Shown here piece by piece: positions 6,472 to 7,538 of a DNA stretch of 7,538 bases. The position numbers were made by a program, and so were the translations under genes. The stretch lies in contig SUPR01000134.1 of NCBI GenBank assembly GCA_005191425.1, positions 1 to 7,538 of the forward strand, read 5' to 3'. The DNA is from Candidatus Helarchaeota ASGARD archaeon Hel_GB_B. GTDB lineage: Archaea; Asgardarchaeota; Lokiarchaeia; Helarchaeales; HEL-GB-B. Every line of letters starts with the position of its first letter. Position 1 is the first letter of the stretch. The notes beneath the pieces were generated by a model. The model worked only from the letters and a program-made list of their open reading frames with translations, did no database searches and was not told where the DNA came from.

Positions 6472-7538
6472 ATGATAGAACTAACAAAAGAGATTATGAA
6501 TGCTATAACAGAAGTAAGCGCTGGTAGTTTATTTGTAAGGTCTCTATTAGAAAATCATGATACAATAATAAATGCTGAAAAATTAAACGAAAATAAATTA
6601 GAAATAATTCTTGATAAATTAATGGATATAGAAGTAGAAAAATTCAGGATACTTTTATATATATTATCTACGGGTAGCGCAACTGTTTCTCAAATTGAAA
6701 ATGACTTGAAAATATCAAAATTCAATATTTTAAAAAATATATTTACATTACAGAATGAAGGATGGCTTGAAATCAGAGATATCAATGAATTAAATTATGG
6801 AATATCGTTGAAAGTTGATGTCTTAAATGATAAAATAAATGTTAATTTAATAGCACCATGGAATATAAGAACAGTATATGACCCAATAAAAATTATCGTT
6901 GAAAATGAATTTTGTTGTTTATGCGGTGCCTGTAAAACGGTATGTCCAGTTAATGCGATAGAGATTATTGATGATAAACCAGTTATTGACGAAGAAAAAT
7001 GTATTCATTGTGGACTTTGTAATTATCATTGTCCAAGAACTTTTCTACCACTGAATGTGTTAAAAGAATTTTCGACTGGAGATAATTATAATCCATATCA
7101 ACTCTTGAGTACCCAACCATTTGGTCCATGCAAAATAATTAAATCTGCACAAACTACGGATGATAAAATTAAACAAGTATGCCAAGATGGAGGAATGGTA
7201 ACTACTTTTATCAAATATCTTTTCGATAAAAAACTAATAGATGGTGCAGTTGTAACAAAAAGAAAACCAGATTCATGGGATACTCAGCCAGTTGTAGTTA
7301 CAAGATATGAAAGTCTATTAGAAACATCTGGTACTAAATATGCAGTCTCGCCAAATTTGATAGCATTAGAGCAAGCAGCTGAATTAGGATGTAAAAAATT
7401 AGCTTTTATTGGTACTCCATGTCAAGTTCAAGCAATTAGAAAATATCAAGTATATTCTAATATTTATCAGGAGATCTGGGGATCTATAGAATATGTAATT
7501 GGAATTTTTTGCATGGAATCATTCTCATATCCTAATGT
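6472..7538 (+). CDS. 3'-truncated FrhB/FdhB/FpoF-family (F420-binding flavoprotein) protein with N-terminal winged-HTH and 2x[4Fe-4S] ferredoxin domains
   Basis: The frame is open from ATG 6472 to the window end, so the track omits it. It contains RILLYILSTGSATVSQIENDLKISKFNILKNIFTLQNEGWLEI (wHTH-like), CCLCGACKTVCP (from 6913), CIHCGLCNYHCP (from 7000), and the FrhB motifs QDGGMVT, IDGAVV, SGTKY, FIGTPCQ and IGIFCMESF. Confidence 0.9.
   Translation, partial: MIELTKEIMNAITEVSAGSLFVRSLLENHDTIINAEKLNENKLEIILDKLMDIEVEKFRILLYILSTGSATVSQIENDLKISKFNILKNIFTLQNEGWLEIRDINELNYGISLKVDVLNDKINVNLIAPWNIRTVYDPIKIIVENEFCCLCGACKTVCPVNAIEIIDDKPVIDEEKCIHCGLCNYHCPRTFLPLNVLKEFSTGDNYNPYQLLSTQPFGPCKIIKSAQTTDDKIKQVCQDGGMVTTFIKYLFDKKLIDGAVVTKRKPDSWDTQPVVVTRYESLLETSGTKYAVSPNLIALEQAAELGCKKLAFIGTPCQVQAIRKYQVYSNIYQEIWGSIEYVIGIFCMESFSYPN

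Overview
Very AT-rich prokaryotic DNA with archaeal character. The 3'-UTR eukaryote-like SECIS elements point to an Asgard (Lokiarchaeia/Helarchaeales-like) source, which is inference. Left half: a 5'-truncated Cys-motif small-domain gene (+) converges on a minus-strand 2-oxoacid:ferredoxin oxidoreductase cluster (alpha-beta-gamma, no adjacent delta). A ~776-bp extremely AT-rich divergent spacer follows. Right half: a selenoprotein electron-transfer cluster that the ORF track fragments or misses. It comprises hdrA (3799-5751, 650 aa, in-frame TGA at codons 14 and 198), mvhD/vhuD (5943-6353, 136 aa, in-frame TGA at codons 15 and 66), and a 3'-truncated winged-HTH + 2x[4Fe-4S] + FrhB/FdhB-family fusion (from 6472). 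All four TGAs sit at conserved Cys positions, and every real stop in the window is TAA. Each selenoprotein gene is followed directly by an AUGA...AAA...GA K-turn SECIS. Both SECIS elements share an extra architecture despite unrelated stem sequences: an outer helix that starts at the TAA stop codon and an accessory hairpin with a 7-nt loop ending GCG closed by U-A, forming a three-way junction. This is the most interesting signal here. All structures were paired by eye; no folding or database search was run.
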